Source: Pocillopora damicornis (Eukaryota). Taken from it: 64,000 bases of DNA. The stretch is from NCBI RefSeq assembly GCF_003704095.1, contig NW_020846697.1, positions 1-64,000 of the forward strand, read 5' to 3'. This document shows, piece after piece, positions 26,767 through 38,767 of this stretch. Every line of letters begins with the position of its first letter. The stretch's first letter is position 1. The notes beneath the pieces were generated by a model, which did not search any database, was not told the DNA's origin, and saw nothing but the letters and a program-made list of their open reading frames with translations. Position numbers and translations under genes: made by a program.

Positions 26767-29700
26767 GACCGGTTTGCTGATGCCCAAAGCTGTCCACCGT
26801 TGGACAAAGAAAACAATTACAACTTTACTGGGTTTGAGGAAAGCGAAGGGAAAACTGTGTTGAGATTTTGTAGGAAATTTGACACCTGTGATCCTCGCGA
26901 CAGGAAGATTGAGGTAATCATTAACATAGTCAGAAGCCGATTACTTCATTACTTGAGTTAATGGGCTCGTGACATAGCCTGTTCGTGTTTTTCCGTATCA
27001 GTCAGCTCGGCCAAAATATTTAATCATAGCTTAAAGGGTAATTCTGCTGCGTTTTAAAGGCAGTGTCACTGTGTCTGAATAAACTGTATACCGTGTTGCT
27101 AATGATTATCATTCAACTGTTCAGCGCTAATTAAGAAGCAGTCTCCCTAAAAGCGGTCCGGCGCGTTTCGGGTCGAAAATTGATTTCTTTCAAATTTCGT
27201 CTAGGAATCTGTCTTAGTCTAAAAGTAATCGGTACCACCTTGGTTTTTTCAAATACAGCAAAATAATTTTTTCCTGAGCAAAAATCGCTTCAGCGCTCAA
27301 ACGCCCGTTTTTAACAACACCGATTGTAATGGCCTTTTTTTTTTGGTTGACACCTACTTTGATGTTACCGCTATGACGTGAAATATGCTTGAAATATTCA
27401 CTTAGTCAACTTATCTTTGACGAGTCATTTGATTCCATAAAAGCTTTTTAATGACTTGCAATAAGATAAAACATCATTAACTTAACAAAAATCTTCATCT
27501 TCATTAGTAGAAAAACAGAGCTGTCGAAAGTTGGCTCTAGGCGACCTATTTTTTGTTTATTAGTAATTAATGAGGAGGGGAAAAAACTCTAGAGGCCAGG
27601 ATAGCTATGACAAGATTCACGTTTACTAAGAATTCGACTTTGAAGTTTCAGAGTCGAAGTTTTCGCATTCGTTGTTTTTAACGTGAATTCCTTTCTAGTT
27701 GATATAAGTGAATAATCAAATAAATGATGAAACTTCAAGTTCTCACGAAGTCGCCAGAAATAAAATATTTCATGAAAACTCACAAAACAAACCAGAAGGA
27801 ATTTTTCCAAGACGATAAGATATCTATGCACCGCCGTCGGGTCGCAAAATAATTTTTTTAACTTGGTAACTTAAATAATGCGTCACGCAGCCTCAGGTTT
27901 GTCAGTAATAAATATAGGTGCACTGAACTCTGTTATTTAAGTTCCTTCTTGATGCTTCGTCTATGTCAATAAGCCAGAAGTTTTCAGGTAATTGTCTACG
28001 ATAGAAGTTTTGACCGGAACAGAAAGTAAATCAACCAGGTAGAATAGTTCCAAAGACTACAGAGTGTACGAGACTTGGTTTTTTTTTTTTTTCAGTAATT
28101 CATCCCATCCCCGTACCAAAAAGTGCACGGGTGTGTTTCCATCAATTGATTTTTGGCATACAACCTTATGCAGTCCCAAACCTCACCGCATCAGTATTTT
28201 ACTCAGTACCCTTTTCTGGTCCTGGCGTTTTAAAAAACTTAAATAAATGCAAACTTTTCTTATTTTTTCACTTCGTCCAAATGCTCCTTCCTAAAGGTCT
28301 CCTACGCATAATTCAGAATCCAAATAATCCAAACCGTCACAAATGTCAATGACAAAGATGTGGAATTTCAATTTACTGAATTATTGTTTGAAACTTGCCT
28401 TGCTTAATTTTACTCTTTTACGAATGAGCAATCTTCGACAATTTTTATAGTTTCTTAACCAAACTTGATTTGGTGTTTCGTGATTTAGATAGGATTTCAA
28501 AATGCTTGCACATTTCCTTGAGCATCTTAACCTTGAGAAATGAAAGTTTGTTTTTAAATGCCATTTCGCAAAGGTTTTAGACATCATAGATCATTGTATG
28601 CTTGACGCCAATTTCAGACTGTACGGCTACACTGACTTTCTCGAGCATTTGTTCATAGGTTAGCAAGGCATACTGTTCAGCTAGCTCTTCATTATCGTCA
28701 GGCTCAGCGTCATCGCTGGAGGTTTCCTTGCCATCTCATTGCTTTCTCTTCGCAGAGAGTCGGAAGAAATGTCCCTGGATTTGAAGCTTTGAAAGCCATT
28801 ACATCATCTATTAAACATTTGTGTGCCACCGGTGTTGCGAGCATTGTTGGTGTTGCGATTTTTTACGAACCCATAGTTTATAAACACAAAAGAGGGGACC
28901 TTTCAATAAATAAGTTCTCGTTGCGAAATTTTGTTAAATTAAAGGTTGCATTTTCGAATTAAAAGGACTGTACTTTAACTGCTGTTAAGATGAACGGTTT
29001 CCAAATGAACAACATGAAATATTCTGAATAAACCTGAATCTCGTCATAGCTATCCTGGCTTCCGAAGTTTTTCCCCCTTTCTCATTAATTAACCGATAAA
29101 CAAAACGATAGGTTGCCTATAGCTGAGAGTCAGCTTTCGGCGGCTTTGTTTTTCTATATGAAGATAAGGATTTTCTTTACTTAATGGTTTTTATCCTAAT
29201 GCAAGTCAAGAAAAAGCTTTTATGGACTCAATTCACGCTTCAATCATAAATTAGCCGTATAAATTTTGTCTACTTTTGAGACCGCTTCATGTGCATTGTT
29301 AGGTCGAATTTTCGAAAATGCGCGCAATTTGTTGGCCGGCTATTCGAGCGAGAAGTCCGCCGAAACCTCAGGACGTTTTTATATTTCCGTACTCTTCTAC
29401 CCTATTTTAGCCAGTCTGAATAAAAGTACCTTGGGAAAGAAGTTGGAGTTTGCGCTAACCGGAAAAAAAGTTGCATATTCCAGGTTATAGCGGTAGCGTC
29501 AAAGTAGGTTTTAACCAAAAAAAAATTCAGTGGAAAAAAAACTGTTAACAAAACGTATGTTATTTGCCTTCAGAAAGGGTTGATTTATATATGCGAAACA
29601 AAACAAAACCTTCAAACTAGAATATTGTGAAAAGACGAGCTCGGCAATTTGTGCTATTTTTGATAATCGGTGTTGTTAAAAACGGGCGTTTGAGCGCTGA

Positions 29701-32700
29701 AGCGATTTTCGCTTAGGAAAAAAATTATTTTGCTGTATTTGAAAAAACCAAGGTGGTTCCGATTACTTTTGAACTAAGATAGATTCCTGGGCGAAGTTTG
29801 AAGGAAATCGATTTTTCTAGCGAAACACACCGGACCGTTTTTAGGGAGACTGCGTCATAATTTTGAATGATAATAATGTTCTCTCATTTCTCCTTCAAAG
29901 CAAAGAAAGTAAATTGGTATTATCCCTTTTCACCCTATTTTTTATTTTTCTAATTTCTTTTTTTGACAGGAGGGCACCACTAAGGTCGTGTTTGCATATC
30001 ATGCAGAGGACCCCACGTCTGAGGACGATATGAAGAAACATACATTCCGAGGGTCGAAGAGCATTCTACTTCTTAACAACATGGACAAGAAACAAGTTAA
30101 CGAAACCGGGTGGCAGCAGTTTTACGTCACAAATAGAAATGTTAGATACAGATAAAAAGTTCTTATTTTAGTGTTCTACATTTTGGAGATTGTTATCGAA
30201 AGTGAAGATTGTAGAGTGTCCATTCAGGGAATTTGAAGCTAACTCAAAATGTAAATTTTTTTTTTAGGTAACAATTCCTAAAGAGCGCACAACTTATTGG
30301 TGTTCTCTTATCCAACTACCCGAGTTCAAATCAAAGCATCATATTACAAAGGTGAGTACAGAAGTGCAAAACATTGCAATAAAACCTGTTTTCATCCAAT
30401 TATATCTTATTATAGTTAAGTGACCGATCAATGTAGAAGGCCACCGCTTAGATTCTTGCGAAAATAAGTATAAAATATGAACTTGCATGTTCAGGAATGC
30501 GTTGATAACAAATTGTTTATACGGTCCAACTGAGTTCTCCAAAGAAAAACAATTTGGTAGTCGGTGGGATTTATTGACCTTGCCACAACCTTTGACATTT
30601 CACTCGTGCATTTCAAAACTCTCCACTTATGAGTCAGAAAAAGCCACACCCTTAAATTGGACGGTGAGCTTAGGGCGGGTAACGAAATGTTTAGGTGTAG
30701 GGAAGTACCTAAGGTAAGTTTACGAAAGGTGTATCAATTGATCTATGCGGCAAAGGTTTCACAAACGTTTTTGTTCTTAGTGGAATTCTAGAGATTTGTA
30801 GCAACTAATCATTAAGAAGAAGTAAAGCGTTACACTATTGATGTTGGTGTCGCTTCCAAAGAAGTTTCAGTATATTGCTTTTTTATAGTTTGAGCCATAC
30901 GTAACACCTGGAAACGAAGGAATCGTGCATCATTTACTCGTCTACGAGTGTCATGGGAATTTTAGTAATGCTTCCTTATATGGTTCTGGCTTTGACTGTT
31001 CTGTACCCAATATGCCTCTACGAAGTTGTTATGACTACAGTGTTGTTGCTGCTTGGGCTGTTGGTGGTACGGTAAGACGTTTAACTTACAGCTCGCCCGA
31101 GGAAAGTAACTTTAAATTTGAAATATTTTGACTTTTGAAAGGTTTTTCGTTACTCTTCCTAAAAAAATGTATGTTTTACTATCGAATAGGCATTTTATTA
31201 TCCACCGAAGGCTGGGTATCCAGTTGGTACGTCGAACTCGTCAAGGACGTTTTTTCTTGAGCTACACTATGACAATCCTGATGCAATTGAAGGTTAGCTC
31301 CTCACATTTTGCGTCTTTTGTTTGTTTCAATTTTTAGTTGAGGAGAAGAAACAATGAGAGGTGTATTTTGCCCTCAGCTATAAAATATCTATTTACCTCA
31401 ACATTTTTTTTTTTGTCAAATAGGACGAAAAGACAGCTCAGGGATTCGTTTTTACTACACTTCTCATCTCCGTGAGTACGATGCTGGGATAATGTGTGTT
31501 GGAGAAAGAATAAGTCAATTTGCGATAATCCCACCAAAACAGGAATCTTGGTTGACTGTGGGTTACTGTCCCAAGGAATGCTCTCAGGTAAATTGTCTCA
31601 AACGTTCACAATCACTTGCGTTTCCATGAAAACTTCTTATTCACCCCCATGCCATCCAGAGTTTTTAAAAAAGATAAAAAATAAAAAAATGGCAATGTGG
31701 TGAAGCTGGCATCGAAAAGGGGCAAAACACATGTGGTTAACAACTTATGATTTCACCTTTTTTTATACACGGTGCATTACAGTGCCTAGGAACGTGTGTC
31801 TTAAATTTACATCAGCATTTAACATAAAGCACTTTTTCATAGGAAGACTTGCAGGCGACTAAGCTCCCTGAAAAAGGAATAAAAGTGTTTGCTGCCCTTC
31901 TTCACACCCACCTGCAGGGTAAGTCACCTTGCTCTACTTTCGTTGTTTAGAAGTGCATGGTGGTTGTTGTTTGTTTATATGTACGCTTGTCTGATTTATG
32001 TTTCCACGTTCTGTTGATAGTCATACGTCATTATGGAGCTAAACCTTAATATCATTGAGTTTTGTTTTCATCTGCAGGGCGTGCAACATGGACAAAGCAT
32101 GTTCGCAACGGAGTTGAGTTACCAGAAATTGCAAGAGATGACCATTATGATTTTAACTTTCAGGTAATTTATACTTCATACCTCAGGTGCGACTTAATGT
32201 GGCATAAGATCCACTATCAGCATTTGCCGAATACACAAGAATTATTATACAATATGCTACCCCCTTATCAACTTATCCTTTATTTCACTTGAATCAATTT
32301 GTCCAGTCGGAACTACTAATATTTTCACGACATCCAGAATACTTTAATTTTCAATATATATATTTTTCGTTTTACCCAGTCAGTACTGACAACATCTGGG
32401 AATATCGCGACCTCATAAGATAACTCTTCCAGTTGTCAGTGGTCGCTCACGGAAGTCATAGTACAACCATAACCTCAACACTGTGGGCACTGTGACCCTT
32501 CCCTATTAAGATTCAAGTGCTCCTTTCGAGTGTCGAAACGTGATACATTCTAATAAGTGCCTCAGTTCATCTTTCACTACGTGAGCCATAAGACATTGCT
32601 GGCTGCCAAGCTGCGAAATGATTTTATCGAAAAAACTGTTATTAATTTTCCAACAGTTAACTTTCACTTGTTATTCCGCAGGATATACAAGTTTTGAGAG

Positions 32701-34888
32701 AGGAGGCTCACATCAAACCGGTTTGAGAAAAACTTTGATTTTAGAGCCAGTTTTTCATAGAATTACATTTTATATTATCTCATGAAAGGATAATAATTGA
32801 TGTGAGTTAGACGATGTGTCCTACTGATTTATTTAATGCACTCAAGCTTCCACGCAACCATGTGATTGAATAATCTGGAAGAACAACATTGCTTATGATC
32901 ATTTTACGTTCCTTTTTTTTTTTAATTAAATTAGATTAAGTTAATGTGAGTTTGATCTTTTCTATCAAATCGAGATTTAAGAATTCGCATCCAGATGATC
33001 GCTGCACATTTTGTTTTCTTCACTGACGTCTTTCTTATCCTTCAGGGGGACGACTTAATTCATTTCTGCAAATACGAGACAATGGATCGCGATACACTCG
33101 TGCAGGCAAGTGCGATATCTGGGCCCTCAAAAAAAGCTGTTGGTTTCTTTACAGCAGTGACACCTCTCTCAATCTCTATTTCAAGTGATTGCAATAAAAA
33201 CATGCCATCATTGATTTCACTTTACATGGTGCATGACAGAGTGACAGATAATGTACTCCTACTCCACTTACAGGCTGGTTTCTCTACCACTCAAGAAATG
33301 TGTCTGAATTACATGTTTTACTATCCTCGAATGGTGAATGCTACAGCATATTGCTCCAGCTCTCTACGTAAGCCAGTGTACGACTTCATCAAAGAACGCT
33401 TGTAAGTGAATTAATACATTCTTGTTCAAGTAATGTTGAAATTAGATCTGGTCTGCTTCCACGAAACCACCTTAATACGTCTGTCGAGAAAATAATCAAA
33501 ACGCAGCATCAAAAGTGCGAACAACAGCTCAAGTAAAACCGGTGTTGCATGCTCTGCCACCTGAAATCTTTCGCATTTCTCAACAAGAATCCTGTTTTTG
33601 GGAGCTATTTTATTGAATAATTACCCATCCCCACTTAATTTCACAAGTACTTTCATCGCCTATCAATGAAAAGCAAGGAGTTTAACACTAAAGTGTTGGT
33701 ATTCGGGGCATTGTAATTATTCCCTAGATATGCTATTTGTGTATTTGGTTCATTCCTATGCTGTCGTGCTGAGGTATCCCTCCCTGAAAGGAGGGAATGA
33801 ATTTCTCCTACAAAGGGCCTATTTCATTCGTCGCGTGAAACGAAATGATCCGTCCAGCAAGTTTCTTGAAGGTAATAGAACATTCAGCGTTGATCATGAC
33901 TGGCATCCTTTCTTTGCCAAGTCGTCAAGAAGCTGGATAAATCTCATTGGCGTTCTAGTCAACTAACACAGTGAAAATTGACCAACAAATGAATTTAAGC
34001 ACATGACTCTCTGACAGAGTATTATCCCTATAACAGCCTAGAGAACAAAACTCAAAGCAAACTGCAAAAAGAAATGTTTGCGAATACGAAAAGAGTTGAA
34101 GAACACAGAGAAGATGAAAAGGAAACACACCATAGCACCAAAAGAAGCGAACATGACTGTGGAGTTAAACCAAAGATTGTCTATTAAATCGTAGAGGTAT
34201 AGCATGTCTTGTTTCAAGCAATGTTTGGTTTCAATCTATTTTTAACTTTAATTTTTCTTTGTCTAGCCCTTCCTTAAAGGAGTCAAAATGGTCAAATCCT
34301 CTCATTGGGGCAAATATCTCATGGACGAAGGAATTGGTATCTGACTTGAGGAAGAGATTCGATGAAGCAGAGACATTTCTTCCATATTGTCGCGCGGTCA
34401 GTAAACTGATGAGGGGCCTGTGCGAAACTCACTACAGTTAACATAGTGCAATTCTTAAGGGTGATAATGAGATCCCGACATAATGTGCATGAAAAGATGT
34501 CGACATGACAGAACACAACAAACAGTGGGTGGCGGGTGTATGGGAGGGTAAATGCCTCGCTATAGGCATAGTTTTCATCGTAATCGTAGTTTTCTTTATC
34601 TCCAATCTGATTCAGTATGTAACAGTAAGTCTGCCACCTCCTTAGAGGAGTAGAAGTAAGTGTACAGCGCTGAGTTTTCCTTTGAACTATTGTTAATTAT
34701 TTCCTTTCCAGAGACCTAACAACTACACATATCCGATTCCAAAGATCACGAAGCCCTTACCTCCTCGACAGTCCAACTGCCGTGGAAGAAGCACGACACC
34801 AGCCCCTCCCGTTGGAGACGCCTTCTTGGTGACGACCTCATACTCTACAGCAATATCCCTGCTAATTAGCAATTTCGTGTTGATGTGA
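26767..34888 (+). CDS. MOXD1: DBH-like monooxygenase (MOXD1-like) copy C, exons 2-15, complete to the stop; exon 1 lies in the gap
   Basis: Exons 26767-26913, 29970-30140, 30268-30351, 30889-31071, 31190-31292, 31424-31587, 31843-31918, 32078-32163, 32682-32720, 33046-33105 (GC donor), 33274-33401, 34267-34396, 34616-34624 (candidate microexon), 34712-34888. CuH ligands (HH, H of ELHY) and CuM ligands (HTH, M of QEMC) are intact; hydrophobic C-terminal tail. Confidence 0.93.
27135..29856. mobile_element. Non-autonomous DNA transposon with long TIRs inserted at TTAA (Kolobok-like by TSD and termini) in MOXD copy C intron 2
   Basis: ttaa|gaagcagtctccctaaaagcggtccgg ... ccggaccgtttttagggagactgcgtc|ataa. 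Inverted arms span ~27135-27630 versus ~29030-29856. Empty site gctaaTTAAtt in copies A (~14351) and B. Decayed coding remnant on the minus strand at ~28400-28850. Confidence 0.85.
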
Positions 34889-36040
34889 ACGATCAAAGAT
34901 ATGCCATCATGATCACGGTTCACAAATTGCTAGAGAGTATAATCTGCACTAAAACCAATGTTTGCTCCATATCTTAACGTAGAGATGATCTCTCAGAGGA
35001 TCAACACTGCCGTAGTAGATACAGAGAAACATCACTTAATGCATTATTAATATTTTTTTGGAATGACGTTAATGGCTAAGGCAGACGGAAAATAAACTCT
35101 GATTTCCCTCACCTTGTACTTGGTGTTCTCGATTACTTTATAATTCCGTTATCATACCAGTTCTCTAATACTACTGTAAAATATGGGGTTATTGTTCAAG
35201 GAACAATTGAATAAATTGTTATGGCTACAGAAACGGTACGCGAGAGCGATACTAGTTTCTAGGACAATTCAGCAATTTTATTTACTAAATTAGGTTGGCT
35301 TCCTTTTGACGACATCATTTGCGAAATTTCACAAAATCGGTTATGAGCATGGTCCAGAATACCTTTCGTTTCATATCACTTGATTGGTTTCTCCAAAACA
35401 TTCTGATCAGTAAGGGGGGCTTGAAAATATTTTCTTCTCCTTCGCGCACATCGTCATTTTGAAGTGGAGTGGAAATGAAGTTCATCCACAGGACCTTTTA
35501 AGATTTTGGATTTTTTTAGAAAATACTGTCATCGTACGTCTTACATCAATTTACATATATGTAAATGATTAAAAGTGATAAAAATCTAACCTTATTTAAG
35601 TCTCTCAATGGGAAAACCTGCTGCTAGAAGCTAGCGTTTGATTCATTTTTATAGTTTTGCGTAGTGCTTCTTTGAAAGCAGAGATACAGAGGTGGTCAAA
35701 GCCAAGAAAGTAAACTGTGTGAACTGTCTTTAAATTCTTACTGCTTACTGTTCTGGTAAATTATAAGTACAATTTTGAACAGCTACTACGAAAACGTTCG
35801 TTGAATTCATATCAGGGTAACAGAGAATGCATTGCTTCAAATAATCAAAAAATTAATTACTAAAAAAAATTGACATGCGTGATCACAATCGTATCACATA
35901 GCAGCGTCTAAATTTCCCCATTTAGCCACCCCCGAAAAGCTGGGGTTTATTGGCCAACCAATCAGAAGCAATTAAGGATGTAATTTTTGCCCAAAATGGA
36001 ATTAGAGGTCTGAGCAGTGTTTTTAAATTCCTCATAAAAA

Positions 36041-38767
36041 CTCACTGCCGATTACAAAGAGACAGTGAAAAGCTTACAAGAATGAGAGATTAAGCCATTA
36101 TATTTATCATGAAGCGTTGCATAGCTTCGCCTGTTGGCTGCACTCTATGAGAAATTTAATTTAACCTTAAATTGGTGTTCAAATCATCAAGGAACTCTTT
36201 ACCTTAATTGAATAGTTTACCAAAGTTTTTATTGCCACGATAAGGCATTTTGGAGTTATCACCAGGATGAGTATCATAATGATAAATTTTAAGAAATCTG
36301 TTCCGAGCGATTATTCTCGAGAAAGCTAGACCACATAAAACCCGGTCAGTTGACCAGCTTTATCTCAAACTAGGCACGCGCGGTGGATATTCATTGCAAT
36401 GGCTAAGTAATGTGCGAAGTTTTAAAACGCACGTGTTTGGATACTGTTTTGCCCATGAGATATTTTGTTTCACAACGTTCCCGTAACCGTCGCCGTCGAG
36501 GTTTTCTTTAAGTCACTAATACTAATGAGCTGAAGCGATGGATCTTAGCTCATCAATTAGTATTAGAGGAACACGGCCATATCGTTGCCAAAGAGCTTAA
36601 ATGACCCAGGGCTTGAGCTGAGCACATTTGTGAGGCATCAAGCCACAAAGGGTAAAAAAGAACTTAGTGACCAGAGTAAAACAGCCGAGCGCGAGGCGCG
36701 ATAACACGCCCTTTGTAATTCTTAGTAGCTCTTATCTCTGTAAGACTGAAAAATGCAAATAAATTTCGATTGCAAAGCTAACCATTAACTAACGTTTCCA
36801 CTGCTTTAGGGGAAGTCGTCAACAAATTCATACGATAAGTTGTTTTTCAGTCCAAATGCTAATTCGCTGAAACTGATTGGTCTGCCTCGCCTTGATACTG
36901 TTTGCGGTAAATCTACTCGAGCAGCGTCCATCTAGTTCCTTTTCATCAGTTTCGATCCATCGACAAAGTAAGAGCGTTCGATTCAGTTCATTAGCAAATG
37001 AACGTAAATTTCGTACCGAAAACGTGATAAAGGTATATAAGTAACACATTAGTTTTAACGAACCAGATTGAGACATTTGATTGAGGAACAACTCTTCACA
37101 GATTACTTACTTTATTACCAACTGCCAGTCACGAGATGAAGAGCATATAAAGTCTGAAAAGATATTATTACCACCGCAATTTCAAATGATGGGGCTTTTG
37201 GCCGATGTGACTCTACCATTGTTGTTTAAAATTTCGTTCCTCTCGTTTTAACGAAACATTATTACTGAAAAGTTGTAAGCTTGCGGATTGACAACCTGTC
37301 ATGTCTTAATTTTCTTAAAGCAAAAAAATTGATATATCATGAATAATAAACATAAGTTTGACCTCAAAATAAATGGAAAACAAAGAGATGCACGGTGTCT
37401 TTGGTTCATTCAAAGACGTGAGGGCATCTGTCATTATTTTGATAAAATTTAATTATCATTTTTGGGTTTACCATATTTTTTCTCCTAGGATTACAGTCAT
37501 TCTTGTGCTGCAGTGGAAACGCGGTGACTCTATCAAAAGTTTTGAAAAGGTTTACGAAAAAATAAACCTTCTTTCCCCATTTTGTTTTCTCCGTGAATTC
37601 GGAAACGTAAGCCTCTTCAATTTGTGTTATTTTCAAACATTTCTAAGTAAATTTAATCCGAGTCAAAGATTCTGCGTTATTAAAAGTTTCGCGTTGAAGT
37701 GATTCGAGTTATACCCAAAAAAGTATAATTCCATTGGATATCCTTGTTTGACGCATACTTCTGTGTCACACAACCGGATAAAACAAGGTGATGACACTAC
37801 AATCCTCAAAGTGAGATTGAACGAAATGCAAAACCTCAAAGGTGGTGTCTGGACTTTTCGTTGATTGGGCCGAGTATGTGGTTTGACGGCAGCTGTAACT
37901 GTGACCTTGCAAATTTTTAATATTAAGCACAAAAGCCTTTTGGGTTTTCAAAGAGAACAAAAGAAGGAGAAGCTACTGAACGCTAATATGAAATACGGTA
38001 GGTTTATCTACTCTGACTCATTTCGTAAAAGTAGCGTGTACATGGTCAGTTGATCTGTTTAAGTTTTTCGTTCAATTCTTCAGCAAACTTCTCGGTTAAT
38101 GTGCTTTTCAGTGACTTGCGGTGTTATAATTAACATTTCACTTGAATCTCTATATTTAGCGTGTCCTGTCAAACAAAAGACGACACTGCTCACAAGTTTA
38201 CAAAGCATTAGCTTAGCTGCCAACCTCTGATAATTTTCTTTTTCTTTCTTTTAACCAAGACAATAAGTAGTGGCCATTAACCCCTTCACTCCGAAAAGTG
38301 ATCGACATGTAACTTCTTCCGATAATATCAATACATTAGTCAGCAAACAGGTAATAAGAATACTCAGTCTTATCAGACGGGTTGTTGTTATAATCTCACG
38401 CCAAATTCTTGTAACTGATTTACAAGGAAATGTGCGGCAGCCAGAGAGGAGAATTAACATCAAAATCTTAGGAGTTGAAGGGTTAAGCTCACAATTACAA
38501 ACCAAGTCCATAGAGCGCGTATCCAGTCTCAGTTGTAGGGTGTCACGTGTTTCAGACTACAATTCACGGGATGAAATAGAGTATAGGTTATTTAAGAAAT
38601 GCTTTATGATTCGCAGAAGACTGAATCTAAGAGAAAAAGTTAATCTTGTCCTGATTGGTTCTTGTCAAAGTTTTTTTTTATCATGTGCTTGTTTATCCAG
38701 TCACTGTGTATCGAGTATTTGTGTGTTGTCCGTGTGAAACTGCTAATCCAATAATTACACAAACTTT
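36041..38767 (+). repeat. Segmental duplication: downstream flank of MOXD copy C (paralog of 8961-12066)
   Basis: Colinear similarity with 8961-12066 apart from indels; similarity stops at 38767. Confidence 0.92.
38281..38482. mobile_element. piggyBac-type MITE (TTAA TSD, CCC..GGG termini)
   Basis: ttaa|ccccttcactcc ... ggagttgaaggg|ttaa. A truncated equivalent lies at 11741-11830 and a family member at 46688-46886. Confidence 0.8.

Noticed and set aside
38270-38737. 155-aa ORF
   Set aside because: It spans a MITE and duplicated flank, and the frame is not preserved in the paralogous flank at 11740-12060.
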